Both the position numbers and the translations under genes were made by a program. The notes beneath the pieces were generated by a model. It did no database searches and was not told where the DNA came from. It was given only the letters and a program-made list of their open reading frames with translations. 64,000 nt of DNA from Deltaproteobacteria bacterium (GTDB lineage: Bacteria > Desulfobacterota > DSM-4660 > Desulfatiglandales > HGW-15): contig JAFGFM010000149.1 in assembly GCA_016931115.1 (NCBI GenBank), forward strand, positions 5,050-69,049, in the 5' to 3' direction. This document shows, one piece after another, positions 8,891 to 18,120 of the stretch. The first letter of the stretch is position 1, and each line of letters begins with the position of its first letter.

Positions 8891-10894
8891 ATGAGCCTTC
8901 TAAATATAATTAACATTAATCTGACCCTCTCTAAAAAAGAGATACTCAAGGATTTAAGCCTTCAGGTAGAAAAGGGCGACCGCATCGGTCTTATTGGCCC
9001 TAATGGCTCGGGGAAGACCTCTTTGCTCAGGGTCATATCAGGAGAGATGCACCCTGACAGCGGTGAGGTGGTGCTCACAGGCGGTTCAAGGTTCGGTTAT
9101 CTTTCACAGGATGTGGACGAGAGGCTTTCAGGCCCCTTACTGCAATCCATAATAGACTCTATCCCCGGAAGAAAAACCATAAGAGAAGAGATCAGAAGTA
9201 TAGAAGGTCTTATAAACAGTAACCAGGGCAGCCCTGAACAGGTGACACTTGCCAGCCGATTGACCGAGCTGCATAACGAGATGACCCTGATTGAATCCAT
9301 GTACCCATCTCACAAAGCAGAAAAGATACTTTCAGGCTTAGGTTTTTCAAAACAGGGCTTTAACGACCCGGTCTCACATTTGAGCGGTGGCTGGCGCATG
9401 AGGGCATCTCTTGCAAGCCTTCTTTTTCAGGCCCCTGACCTGCTCCTCCTTGATGAGCCTACAAATCACCTTGATCTGCCTTCGGTCATGTGGCTTGAGC
9501 AGTTTCTACGTGAATTTAAAGGGGCTATAATACTTGTATGCCATGACAGGGAATTTTTAAATAGGCAGATAGACCGCATTATAAGCTTTGAACCGGAAGG
9601 CATAAGGAGTTACAGGGGAAATTATGAGCAGTATCTTGTATTAAGGGAGGATGAGAACAGCCGGCTTGAGGCAATGTCGAGGAACCAGGAGCAGAAGGTT
9701 AAGGATGCAAAAAAATTCATAGAAAGGTTCAAGACAAAGGCCACCAAGGCGAGGCAGGCCCAGAGCAAGATAAAGCTTTTGAAAAAGATAGAGATAGTGA
9801 GCACCCACAAGAACCAGAAGACGATCAGGTTTTCTTTCCCGGAGGTGGCCCAGAGCGGGAGGCAGGTGCTTACAATAAGGACACTCTCAAAGGCATTCGG
9901 TGAAAAGAGGCTTTATAAGGATATAGACCTTAACGTGTTCAAGGGTGAAAGGATAGGGCTCATAGGGCCTAACGGGTATGGCAAGACAACACTCCTGCGC
10001 ATGATAGCAAATGAAATACCTGCTGATACCGGCACCATAGTGCAGGGCCATAATGTAGAGATGAGCTACTATGCCCAGCACCACTCTGAGATGCTTGATC
10101 CCAGGAAGAGCATCCTTGAAGAGGTATATCAGGTGGTGCCACACGAGAGCACAAGCTTTGTAAGGGGTGTGTGCGGTGCGTTTCTCTTTTCAGGCGAGGA
10201 TGTGGATAAGCCGGTCAAGGTGCTTTCAGGAGGTGAAAAGGCGCGTGTAGCCCTGGCAAAGATACTTATAAAGCCCGGTAACCTGCTTGTAATGGATGAG
10301 CCCACAAACCATCTTGACCTTGTCTCATCTGAGATACTCATAGATGCACTTGAAAAATACAGCGGCACACTCCTTTTTGTATCCCACAATCAGTCATTCA
10401 TAAACCGGCTTGCTACAAAGATATGGGATATTAAGGATGGACATATATTCGAATACCACGGCACCCTTAAGGAATATTTTCTGCACCTTAAGGAGATGGA
10501 AGAGGGTGCACCTCCCCTTACTGTTAATCCAAATGGCAGGGAGAAGGAGCTTGTTGCTGCACCGGTTATTCAGGAGCAGAGGTTATCGGAAAACAAAAAG
10601 GATATAAGAAAGAAAAAGGCGGAAAGGCGCAAGGAAATAAACGCCGCACTTAAACCCATTGAAGAAAAGTGCACAAAACTTGAGGAAAAGATTGCTGCCC
10701 TTGAGGCAAGGGAAAAGGAGATATCAGGCATGCTTACAGACCCTGAACTCTTCAAGGACAGCAGCAAGAGTGTGCCGCTTTTAAATGAATTTAAAAAGTT
10801 GAAACATACCCTTGAAGAATCCATTTCAGAGTGGGAAAAGGCCCAGACCCGCATGGAAGAGCTAAAAGAAGAGATGGGGGTAGATGAGGAGTAA
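8891..10894 (+). CDS. ABC-F family ATPase (two ABC domains plus C-terminal coiled coil)
   Basis: Two Walker A motifs (GPNGSGKTS, GPNGYGKTT), two LSGG signatures, no TM domain, and a Lys/Glu-rich C-terminal tail. Confidence 0.9.
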   Translation: MSLLNIININLTLSKKEILKDLSLQVEKGDRIGLIGPNGSGKTSLLRVISGEMHPDSGEVVLTGGSRFGYLSQDVDERLSGPLLQSIIDSIPGRKTIREEIRSIEGLINSNQGSPEQVTLASRLTELHNEMTLIESMYPSHKAEKILSGLGFSKQGFNDPVSHLSGGWRMRASLASLLFQAPDLLLLDEPTNHLDLPSVMWLEQFLREFKGAIILVCHDREFLNRQIDRIISFEPEGIRSYRGNYEQYLVLREDENSRLEAMSRNQEQKVKDAKKFIERFKTKATKARQAQSKIKLLKKIEIVSTHKNQKTIRFSFPEVAQSGRQVLTIRTLSKAFGEKRLYKDIDLNVFKGERIGLIGPNGYGKTTLLRMIANEIPADTGTIVQGHNVEMSYYAQHHSEMLDPRKSILEEVYQVVPHESTSFVRGVCGAFLFSGEDVDKPVKVLSGGEKARVALAKILIKPGNLLVMDEPTNHLDLVSSEILIDALEKYSGTLLFVSHNQSFINRLATKIWDIKDGHIFEYHGTLKEYFLHLKEMEEGAPPLTVNPNGREKELVAAPVIQEQRLSENKKDIRKKKAERRKEINAALKPIEEKCTKLEEKIAALEAREKEISGMLTDPELFKDSSKSVPLLNEFKKLKHTLEESISEWEKAQTRMEELKEEMGVDEE

Positions 10895-10902
10895 TACATC
10901 CT

Positions 10903-11127
10903 TCACCGGTATTGTAAAAATTCTTCGATAGTAAGCTCGACATCTTTAATGATCTGTTTAAGCAGAATTGGTGAGATGTCTCTTCCAGTATGGAAGGGCA
11001 CGGTAGTTCCACGGCCATCAGGATTTCGGTATTGCTGATGTGATCCTTTTTGTCTGATTAATTCAAATCCCAGTCTCTCAAGTATTGCAACAACTTCTTT
11101 AGGTTTTAATACAGGGATGTTCCCCAT
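10903..11127 (-). CDS. hicA: HicA-family toxin
   Basis: 74 aa. LERLGFELIRQKGSHQQY, typical of the HicA dsRBD fold with a catalytic His. Confidence 0.8.
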   Translation of the reverse strand: MGNIPVLKPKEVVAILERLGFELIRQKGSHQQYRNPDGRGTTVPFHTGRDISPILLKQIIKDVELTIEEFLQYR

Positions 11128-11129
11128 AA

Positions 11130-11339
11130 TCAGGCTACCATAACATTTTGAGTTCCGATAAATTCACCTTCCATCTTTGGAGGTCCATCCTCCAGAAGCA
11201 TTTCAATAACTTCTTTTAAATTATTATTCAGTTCATCCAGAGTTACACCTTGTGAATGAGCGCCAGGAAACCCTGGGACAAAACCGATATAAAGACCTGT
11301 TTCGCTACATTTTTCTATGACGGCAGTGAATGTTGCCAT
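11130..11339 (-). CDS. hicB: HicB-family antitoxin (short form, no DNA-binding domain)
   Basis: 69 aa. FTAVIEKCSETGLYIGFVPGFPGAHSQGVTLDEL (UPF0150/HicB N-domain). Ends 2 nt upstream of hicA. Confidence 0.75.
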   Translation of the reverse strand: MATFTAVIEKCSETGLYIGFVPGFPGAHSQGVTLDELNNNLKEVIEMLLEDGPPKMEGEFIGTQNVMVA

Positions 11340-11819
11340 TTTGGGATCTCCATAAAAAGTAAATATAAATAAACATGCAGGAATATTATCATAATCCTTG
11401 CAAGTAGCAAAATATAAATTAATCGAGCCAAAGGGTCGCCCCCAATTTGCCTGGAATGGCCTGATATCAAACGAAGACTTAACCGGAGAATCCAGATATT
11501 GCTGACAGGCAACAGTATAAAAACCTTCGGCCTGTTTTTATGTAGTAATTGGATATATCTTTTTATCCTTCACCATAATATAAAGAATTATAACGATTTG
11601 AAATGATTCTGCACTGGTGAAAGAGGATTATATGAAATATTCAAATTGGAAAATAAAATGGGATAATATTTTTTTTGAATTTTTCTAATGAAAGAAAATC
11701 CTGTAAGTCCAATCAATATTATTGTATAAGTAGACCTGTTTCTCAAGAAGTCTTATTTTAACAACAGTTCAATTTTATTTTTTTGTGTTTGATAAACCCT
11801 GCAATGAAAGGAGCATATT

Positions 11820-12848
11820 ATGAAAATCCTATGCAAATGTATTGTTCTATCTATGCTGGTGGTAAATTTTATGACTTTTAACAGTCTAATAGCAGACGAA
11901 GTTTACTTGAATAATGGTGACCGGATTACCGGAGAGATCGTGAATATGAATGGAGGCAAGCTTGTTATTAAAACCTCATATGCAGATGACATAGGCGTTA
12001 AATGGACTGAGATTGCCAATCTGAAAACAGATAAAGAGATAACACTTCTTTTAAGTGACGAGACTCTTATTCACGGAAATCCTCAGGGGATTGAACAGGG
12101 TAAAATAAAGTTTAATACCAGCAAGATTGCTGAACCTGTCTCTGTTTCAATGGTCGATATTGTCTCTGTAAATCCACCAAAGGAACCTCCTGTAAAGATA
12201 ATGGCCAGGGCAAACCTGGGCCTGACATTTACAAGCGGAAACACCGAAAAAGATACAACACATTTTGATGGCGAATTTTCTGCAAGAACAGAAAAAAACA
12301 GATATACCGCCGGCGGCGCTCTGAACAGAAGCGAAGATAATGGCATAAAATCAGAAAGCAATTCACTTGGCTATTTAAAATATGATCATTTTCTGTCAGA
12401 AAAATGGTTTGCCTATGCCAATTCGCTTTTTGAGAAGGATAGATTCAAGGATCTAAGTCTCAGGTCTGTACTTGGTGTAGGTATAGGTCATCAGTTTTTT
12501 GAAACACCGGAAACAAATCTCTCACTTGAATCAGGGTTGAATTATGTTAGCGATGATTATATTGTTGCCCCGGATAATTCATACTCTTCAGGCAGGTGGG
12601 CAGTCAATTATGACAAGTTCTTTTACAACAAGGCCTTTCAGCTTTTTCATTTCCATGAAGGTTTTGTAAGCCTGGAAGATAGTGACGATATGTTTATAAA
12701 AAGCAGGACAGGTATCCGTGTCCCATTATATGAGAGTTTCAATGCTACCCTGCAATACAATATTGATTGGGAAAAGAGCCCGTCACCAGGAAGAGAAAAA
12801 ACAGATAAGGCCCTGATGTTTACACTGGGGTATCAGTTTGGAAATTAA
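11820..12848 (+). CDS. DUF481-type outer-membrane beta-barrel protein
   Basis: Signal peptide, then a beta-barrel region (ANLGLTFTSGNTEKDT...KYDHFLSEKWFAYANSLFEKDRFKDL) and a C-terminal aromatic residue. AAAGGAG SD. Confidence 0.7.
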   Translation: MKILCKCIVLSMLVVNFMTFNSLIADEVYLNNGDRITGEIVNMNGGKLVIKTSYADDIGVKWTEIANLKTDKEITLLLSDETLIHGNPQGIEQGKIKFNTSKIAEPVSVSMVDIVSVNPPKEPPVKIMARANLGLTFTSGNTEKDTTHFDGEFSARTEKNRYTAGGALNRSEDNGIKSESNSLGYLKYDHFLSEKWFAYANSLFEKDRFKDLSLRSVLGVGIGHQFFETPETNLSLESGLNYVSDDYIVAPDNSYSSGRWAVNYDKFFYNKAFQLFHFHEGFVSLEDSDDMFIKSRTGIRVPLYESFNATLQYNIDWEKSPSPGREKTDKALMFTLGYQFGN

Positions 12849-12865
12849 AAAATAGGCAGCAGTTA

Positions 12866-13501
12866 TTGTGTCTGGTTGTGCCTCGTTCACACGGGATCGT
12901 AGGAACGAGGCAAGAAAAGAACCTGCAACTCAAAAGAGAATCCGAAAGAGGGGCAAAACATGGGCTTGCCTTTGGTATTGCTGAAAGGGTCATGAATAAT
13001 CCCCATACTTTTGGTGAGGATGATCCGTGGTTTATTATTATAGAAGATGCGGGGCAACTCTGTGGAACAGCCATACGCACACCTCCCAATAGCCCTATAC
13101 TCTCATATTTTTGCGGTGATATTGAGGAAATATTTTGCTTCATGGTTAAATCAATACACGAACTTGTCTCTGTCCTTCCGGGTGTTATTGGCGATAAAGA
13201 GATTGTGATACCTTTTGTGTCTGAATGGTGCACACAATACAAGACCAAAGTCACAAGAGAGATGACTCATCGCTTATACCGGCTCACAGAGTTGATAGAA
13301 CCTGAATATACTGATGGCTTTATAAGGAAGGCTGTGCAGGAAGATGAAGGAATTGTAATCCAGTGGGCAACCGATTTTTACATGGAAGCCATGGGTGAAA
13401 AACTGACTGGCCATCAACGCCAGCTTTTTCGTGACCGGATTAATAGCGGAGATATTTACCTGTGGGACAATAAAGGCCCTGTATCAAAATTATTTATATG
13501 A
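12866..13501 (+). pseudogene. Fragment of a GNAT-associated protein (accessory domain only, acetyltransferase core missing)
   Basis: The first 17 codons are encoded by the hairpin element. The body (LAFGIAERV...AIRTPPNSPIL...DIYLWDNKGPVS) resembles the N-terminal half of roughly 280-aa GNAT proteins. It stops just where the acetyl-CoA-binding core would begin. Confidence 0.4.
12879..12912. repeat. 10-bp perfect hairpin related to the GTAG...GGCA palindromic family
   Basis: TGCCTCGTTC, then a 14-nt loop ending in CGTAG, then GAACGAGGCA. The CGTAGGAACGAGGCA half resembles CGTAGAGACAAGGCA of the 61.7-kb element. Confidence 0.55.
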
Positions 13502-13569
13502 AAATGGGATTCAGAGAGTACTGTGATTTAGCAAATTATACCTTTTCAGAGGCAAAATGATTCAATCTC

Positions 13570-14427
13570 TTGTTAAAAGAGGTCGTTGAAGAAACCAGTA
13601 TCCGAATAATCACGCCGGAATTGATAAGGGAATTTCATCAGATGATCGAAAAAAATCTGGGTGAACATCTTGATGCCATACCAGGCAGATTTCGTAAAGA
13701 CAGCAGGTCTGTAGGCGGATACCTCGCCCCTGACTACAGGGAGATTGACAATCTTATCGGAAGGCACTGTGACTGGTTGATGACTGAATTCCATTACCAT
13801 AAAGGGCAGGATTTTCCTACTGCTGTTATACAGGCAATTGTCACCCATGTGTACATTGAATGGATACATCCATTTGGGGATGGCAATGGAAGGACCGGGC
13901 GTTTGCTTGAGTTCTACATTTTACTTCGTGGGGGCTTGCCAAATATTGTTTCTCATATCCTTTCAAATTTTTACAATGAAACCCGTCATGAGTATTACAG
14001 GCAATTAGATAACGCCCGCAAGAAAAGAGATTTGATAGAATTTATTACATACGCTGTCCAGGGATTCAGGGATGGCCTGAAAGAGAATTTATCATATATT
14101 CAGCAAAGCCAGTTTTATATCTTCTGGCAGCATTATATTTATGAGACTTTTGCTGGTGTAAACTATACAAAAAAAACCGCCTTTAAAAGAAAACGATCCC
14201 TAATTTTACAGATTCCTATTGGGGAAGAGTTGAGTGCTGATGAAATACTGAAATTGACGCCTGATATTACAAAAAACTACGCGACTGTTAACAGAGCCAC
14301 TATTTTAAGGGACCTGAAGGAACTTTTTGATCTTAATCTGCTTGTAAAAAAGGGGAATAAATACCTGGCAAACACAATGATATTAAAAGCCATGCTGCCA
14401 GCTAAAAGAGCTTTTAACAAAATATGA
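13570..14427 (+). CDS. Fic family protein (possibly N-terminally damaged)
   Basis: HPFGDGNGRTGRLL Fic motif and a C-terminal wHTH-like region. The TTG start is only 3 codons after an in-frame TGA; ATG 13504 is in the same frame further upstream. Confidence 0.8.
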   Translation: MLKEVVEETSIRIITPELIREFHQMIEKNLGEHLDAIPGRFRKDSRSVGGYLAPDYREIDNLIGRHCDWLMTEFHYHKGQDFPTAVIQAIVTHVYIEWIHPFGDGNGRTGRLLEFYILLRGGLPNIVSHILSNFYNETRHEYYRQLDNARKKRDLIEFITYAVQGFRDGLKENLSYIQQSQFYIFWQHYIYETFAGVNYTKKTAFKRKRSLILQIPIGEELSADEILKLTPDITKNYATVNRATILRDLKELFDLNLLVKKGNKYLANTMILKAMLPAKRAFNKI

Positions 14428-14507
14428 TTTCTGTGTAGGGATTAATATACTAATGGAACTAAATTTTTAGAACAGCTTATCAAACCGGTACCAATAAAAG
14501 GAGAACC

Positions 14508-15170
14508 ATGAAAATTTACAGTTATAAAATATTAATTGTTCTTTGTTTCACCATGTTGTTTTCAGGGTGTGTCAGTAAAAAAGAAAAAATTAATGTATAC
14601 CCCACACAAAATACAGATCAAGCGAAAAAATACTATTATGACTGTGTTAATGACATTAAAAATAACTATAAAGGTGGGCCGATTGATATCGATTTTACAA
14701 AGTTCAGATATGGGTACTTTCTAACTGTTCAAAAAGATATTCTAAATGAAAATAACACCCTTGAGAAAAAACTTGGGGATACCTTTTCAACCGAAGACTG
14801 GGAGGCTACTATAAAAGCTGCTGATAAATTATTAGATAAAAATTTTACCAGGATCAGGGCTCATATATTAAAATCATATGCTTATCATATGCTTGGAAAA
14901 GAATCCGAACTGAATTCTCGGATGTCTTCAGGATTGATCAATTCAATATTATCTTCTGGTGATGGAGAAACATTTGACACTGCCTTTCATGTCTTCAGGG
15001 TTGAAGAAGAATATGATATCTTAAAATCTCTCCAATTATTCCCATCGAAGCAAGCACTAACCGAAAACAATGGGGATATGTTTGATTACTTCGAGTGTAA
15101 AAATAGTAATGGCCAGCAATTCAAGGTGTATTTTAAAATAACTGAACATTTTAAAGCCTTGCAATCATAA
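14508..15170 (+). CDS. Lipoprotein, unknown function
   Basis: Lipobox MLFSGC after a hydrophobic signal peptide. GGAGAA SD. Confidence 0.6.
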   Translation: MKIYSYKILIVLCFTMLFSGCVSKKEKINVYPTQNTDQAKKYYYDCVNDIKNNYKGGPIDIDFTKFRYGYFLTVQKDILNENNTLEKKLGDTFSTEDWEATIKAADKLLDKNFTRIRAHILKSYAYHMLGKESELNSRMSSGLINSILSSGDGETFDTAFHVFRVEEEYDILKSLQLFPSKQALTENNGDMFDYFECKNSNGQQFKVYFKITEHFKALQS

Positions 15171-15233
15171 GTTGAGAATAACAGTGAGAAATAGAAGTAT
15201 CATGTTAAGGTGCATACTTTATGGGGGATATAA

Positions 15234-15680
15234 TTGAACAGAACAGAAAATGCAGTAGATAAATTTAACCAGGGTTATGCCTGTTCACAGGCTATCCTTA
15301 CTGAGTATTGTGAATTATTTGATCTTGATAATGAAACAGCCCTGAAGCTTGCTACCGGATTCGCTGCTGGAATGCGTAATGGTAGGACATGCGGGGCTGT
15401 TACAGGGGCATACATGGTTCTTGGTCTAAAATTTGGGGATCAAAACTGTGTAACTGCGGATGGCCGTAAAAAGGTATATGATGCTGTGGTTGAGTTTATA
15501 AATAGTTTTGAGCAGGGGTATGGCTCCACAGATTGTGAGAAGCTGCTTGGCTGTAATGTCGGGACTGCTGATGGCATGAAAAAAGCTAAAGAAGAAAATC
15601 TATTTTATACAATATGCCCAAAATTAATTAATAGTTCATCTGAAATATTAGAAACCATACTGAATAGTGTATACACATAA
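15234..15680 (+). CDS. C_GCAxxG_C_C family redox protein (cytoplasmic form)
   Basis: Spaced Cys pattern: YACSQAI ... GRTCGAVTGAYMVLG ... STDCEKLLGC. Confidence 0.8.
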   Translation: MNRTENAVDKFNQGYACSQAILTEYCELFDLDNETALKLATGFAAGMRNGRTCGAVTGAYMVLGLKFGDQNCVTADGRKKVYDAVVEFINSFEQGYGSTDCEKLLGCNVGTADGMKKAKEENLFYTICPKLINSSSEILETILNSVYT

Positions 15681-15693
15681 GCATTATTTTTTT

Positions 15694-15791
15694 GATAAAA
15701 GCTTTCAGCCATCAGCTTCAAGCTATCAGCTTTAAGAATTAAAACAAAGACTTGGCTGAACGCTGATCGTTGACCTCTGTAAGCTACATTT
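15694..15791 (+). repeat. Heptanucleotide array (about 14 units) in the spacer after the stop codon
   Basis: In-phase units GATAAAA GCTTTCA GCCATCA GCTTCAA GCTATCA GCTTTAA GAATTAA ... TGAACGC TGATCGT TGACCTC TGTAAGC. Confidence 0.7.
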
Positions 15792-15814
15792 TGGGACTGG
15801 GAGATAATATTTTC

Positions 15815-16846
15815 ATGCTACAAAACGACTCTCAATTAGTGGTAAGGGATATCCCGCTTTTACAGTTGGTATTTGGCATTCTTTTCGTCGGTGTAGGCGC
15901 TCTGGTAGTCTATTCAGGAGGGCCTCTTATTTTTGGGGCCATCTTTGCGGCTATTGGTTTGTGTTTCCTGCTTTTCAGCAGCATTATTACCATCACGGCA
16001 GACCGTATGACACAAACATTTAACATCAATTGCCGCTCTCCTTTTCGCCACACATTAACGCAGTTACCTTTTAACGAGATCGATGGAATAAATGTGGAAC
16101 GCAGAGTTAGTAGCAACAGGAGAGGCTTTACATACCGGTTGACCTTGTTGCGTAAGGATGGAGAGATTGTTCCATTCCGGGCAACCACTACCACTGGCTG
16201 GAAAGGGAAGGAGCGACAGGCAGAACAACTGCGCGAATTCTTAGGGATTAAATATACAAACCGCATACCTTCCGGCATCCTGCCAAGAGACTTTTCTCGG
16301 CTATACGAAACACATGAGACAAACGGTGTTCAGTGGCAAATTGAACCGATGTATACAGCCACCTCTTCTGTCCCTACAGGGGCACGCTGGCATTCCCCTG
16401 ACTTTAAAACCCCCGGCATTTTTCTATTTGTAGCACAAAAGGCCGAAGGCCAATCATCGCAAGGGTTCCTTGCATCTCTGGGTAGTATGTTTATCAGGCA
16501 GGCCCTCTCCCTCCATGGTTTTTCGGTGGAGGATACACCTGGCCTTCAACAGGCTAAAACCCTGGCCCCGCTTGAACCAGCTCTCGAACGCCACTTCATG
16601 GCCTACACCAATTCCCCGTCTGAGGCTAACAAATTGCTGAATTCGACAGTCGCAGCACAGCTTGTTAGTTGGTCAGAGCGCTATCCGTTGAAACAATTAC
16701 AAAGAAGCTCATGTAACGGTCAGCTAATGATGCTATTTGGGCCTAATGGAGTTTTTCTGGTCACAATGAGTCTCGGCCAGTCCAGCCAGGTGTATGAACT
16801 GATCTCAATGGGAGTGGAACTGGTTAAAACTCAGAACGCTGGTTAA
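15815..16846 (+). CDS. Hypothetical membrane-anchored protein
   Basis: Two N-terminal TM helices followed by a soluble domain of roughly 270 aa with no recognisable motif. ATG 15815 is preferred over track TTG 15770, which lies inside the heptad array. Confidence 0.5.
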   Translation: MLQNDSQLVVRDIPLLQLVFGILFVGVGALVVYSGGPLIFGAIFAAIGLCFLLFSSIITITADRMTQTFNINCRSPFRHTLTQLPFNEIDGINVERRVSSNRRGFTYRLTLLRKDGEIVPFRATTTTGWKGKERQAEQLREFLGIKYTNRIPSGILPRDFSRLYETHETNGVQWQIEPMYTATSSVPTGARWHSPDFKTPGIFLFVAQKAEGQSSQGFLASLGSMFIRQALSLHGFSVEDTPGLQQAKTLAPLEPALERHFMAYTNSPSEANKLLNSTVAAQLVSWSERYPLKQLQRSSCNGQLMMLFGPNGVFLVTMSLGQSSQVYELISMGVELVKTQNAG

Positions 16847-16924
16847 TCGAAGCATAGGTTTTAAAAGCCGGGGCTAATTTCATTAGGTATGAATAGACTA
16901 TGAATAATATCAGTTAATGAATGG

Positions 16925-17296
16925 ATGAAATATTATTGTGAATTATCCGGCAAAGAAATTAAGGCACATTCAACTCACATGAAGATAATAAACAAAATTA
17001 AGGAGAGACATATTCTGGCGTCGCTATCTGAAAATAATAGGATCATATCCTGCGGGCTTGGTGTTCTATCTGATGGGTTATTCGGTCTATTCGATATCGT
17101 GACCCATCTTAAGCATAGAAATAAAGGGTATGGATATAAGCTGATCAACGGCATGTTACACTGGGCTCTTGAAAATGGGGCTTCTTCATCTTATCTGCAG
17201 GTAATAGCGGAAAACACCCCTGCTATTGGATTATATAAAAAGCTAGATTACGAAATTGCCTATGGGTATCATTATAAAATACAGAATTATAAATAA
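16925..17296 (+). CDS. GNAT family acetyltransferase (short, core only)
   Basis: Acetyl-CoA motif HRNKGYGYKLINGMLHWALENG, followed by AIGLYKKLDY. Confidence 0.65.
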   Translation: MKYYCELSGKEIKAHSTHMKIINKIKERHILASLSENNRIISCGLGVLSDGLFGLFDIVTHLKHRNKGYGYKLINGMLHWALENGASSSYLQVIAENTPAIGLYKKLDYEIAYGYHYKIQNYK

Positions 17297-17357
17297 TTAC
17301 CATTATGACATATCAGGATGAGACACCACATTATTTATGGAGCATAAAATTTTCTTT

Positions 17358-17699
17358 TTATTGCTGTGAGGTGATAAATTGTTCGGCAGCCGCAGCCAGG
17401 AGCTCGGATCGCTTCATCCCGTGTTTTCCCCTGTAAACATCTACATCATTCAGAAGTGATTCAGGAAAAATCACATTAAAGCGTATTTTAGGTTCAATGA
17501 TATTCTTGCTTTTCGGTTTTGGAATAGGTTTCCCATGTTTTTTGGCGGTTTCAATCCATAACTTCATGGCTGTCTCTACCTCCTTAAGTGCCTCTTCGGG
17601 AGTTTCCCCGAAAGCGGAACATCCTTTAAGCTCCTCTATTTCAGCTATATAGTCACCATCGCCTTCAGGATCGGGGAAAATTTTTACTGTATACTCCAT
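17358..17699 (-). CDS. hicB: HicB-family antitoxin with C-terminal RHH-like domain
   Basis: YTVKIFPDPEGDGDYIAEIEELKGCSAFGETPEEALKE, plus a C-terminal region with KRSELLAAAAEQFI. Confidence 0.8.
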   Translation of the reverse strand: MEYTVKIFPDPEGDGDYIAEIEELKGCSAFGETPEEALKEVETAMKLWIETAKKHGKPIPKPKSKNIIEPKIRFNVIFPESLLNDVDVYRGKHGMKRSELLAAAAEQFITSQQ

Positions 17700-17701
17700 G
17701 A

Positions 17702-17941
17702 TTATTCTCCATCAATAATTTTAATTGCTTGTTTTACCTGGTAAGTTTTTGCTGTACCATCTTTTTTTTTTTGGATATTAATAGGTGTCTCTATATCAGG
17801 ATGTACAAAAATATGATGACTCCCATTTACACGATCAAGAGAGAATCCATTGTCTTTAATCCATGTTACAAGCTCCTGGAATTTAATATTTTCTGGATTT
17901 CTTCTGATCTTTTGATTTAATTTATCTTTTTTTGACATCAA
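17702..17941 (-). CDS. hicA: HicA-family toxin
   Basis: 79 aa. NGFSLDRVNGSHHIFVHP. Ends 2 nt before hicB. Confidence 0.8.
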   Translation of the reverse strand: MMSKKDKLNQKIRRNPENIKFQELVTWIKDNGFSLDRVNGSHHIFVHPDIETPINIQKKKDGTAKTYQVKQAIKIIDGE

Positions 17942-18120
17942 TTAAGGTTTTTTTTCTATTATTGTTCTTAATTTTAGTGTGTATTTACACATATGTCAAA
18001 AAAATTATATCGTATTATGTTCTTTAATGAATAAAAGCTCGGAAGGTCACAAATCATGAGCATCAAACAAAACATTCTCATGGTAAAAAGGAATGAGTTG
18101 TAAATAAAATAGGAGCACAT

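Noticed and set aside
12820-13254. 144-aa minus-strand ORF.
   Set aside because: It is antisense to the GNAT-associated fragment, overlaps the end of the DUF481 gene, and has Cys/Ser/Pro-rich shadow composition.
13558-13560. In-frame TGA in the Fic reading frame as a third selenocysteine codon. A CUCUU/AAGAG hairpin follows it.
   Set aside because: There is no Cys/redox context (SEAK-TGA-FNLL), and Fic proteins are not known selenoproteins. The hairpin loop starts only about 12 nt after the UGA, which is too close. A nonsense mutation or an internal start is more likely.
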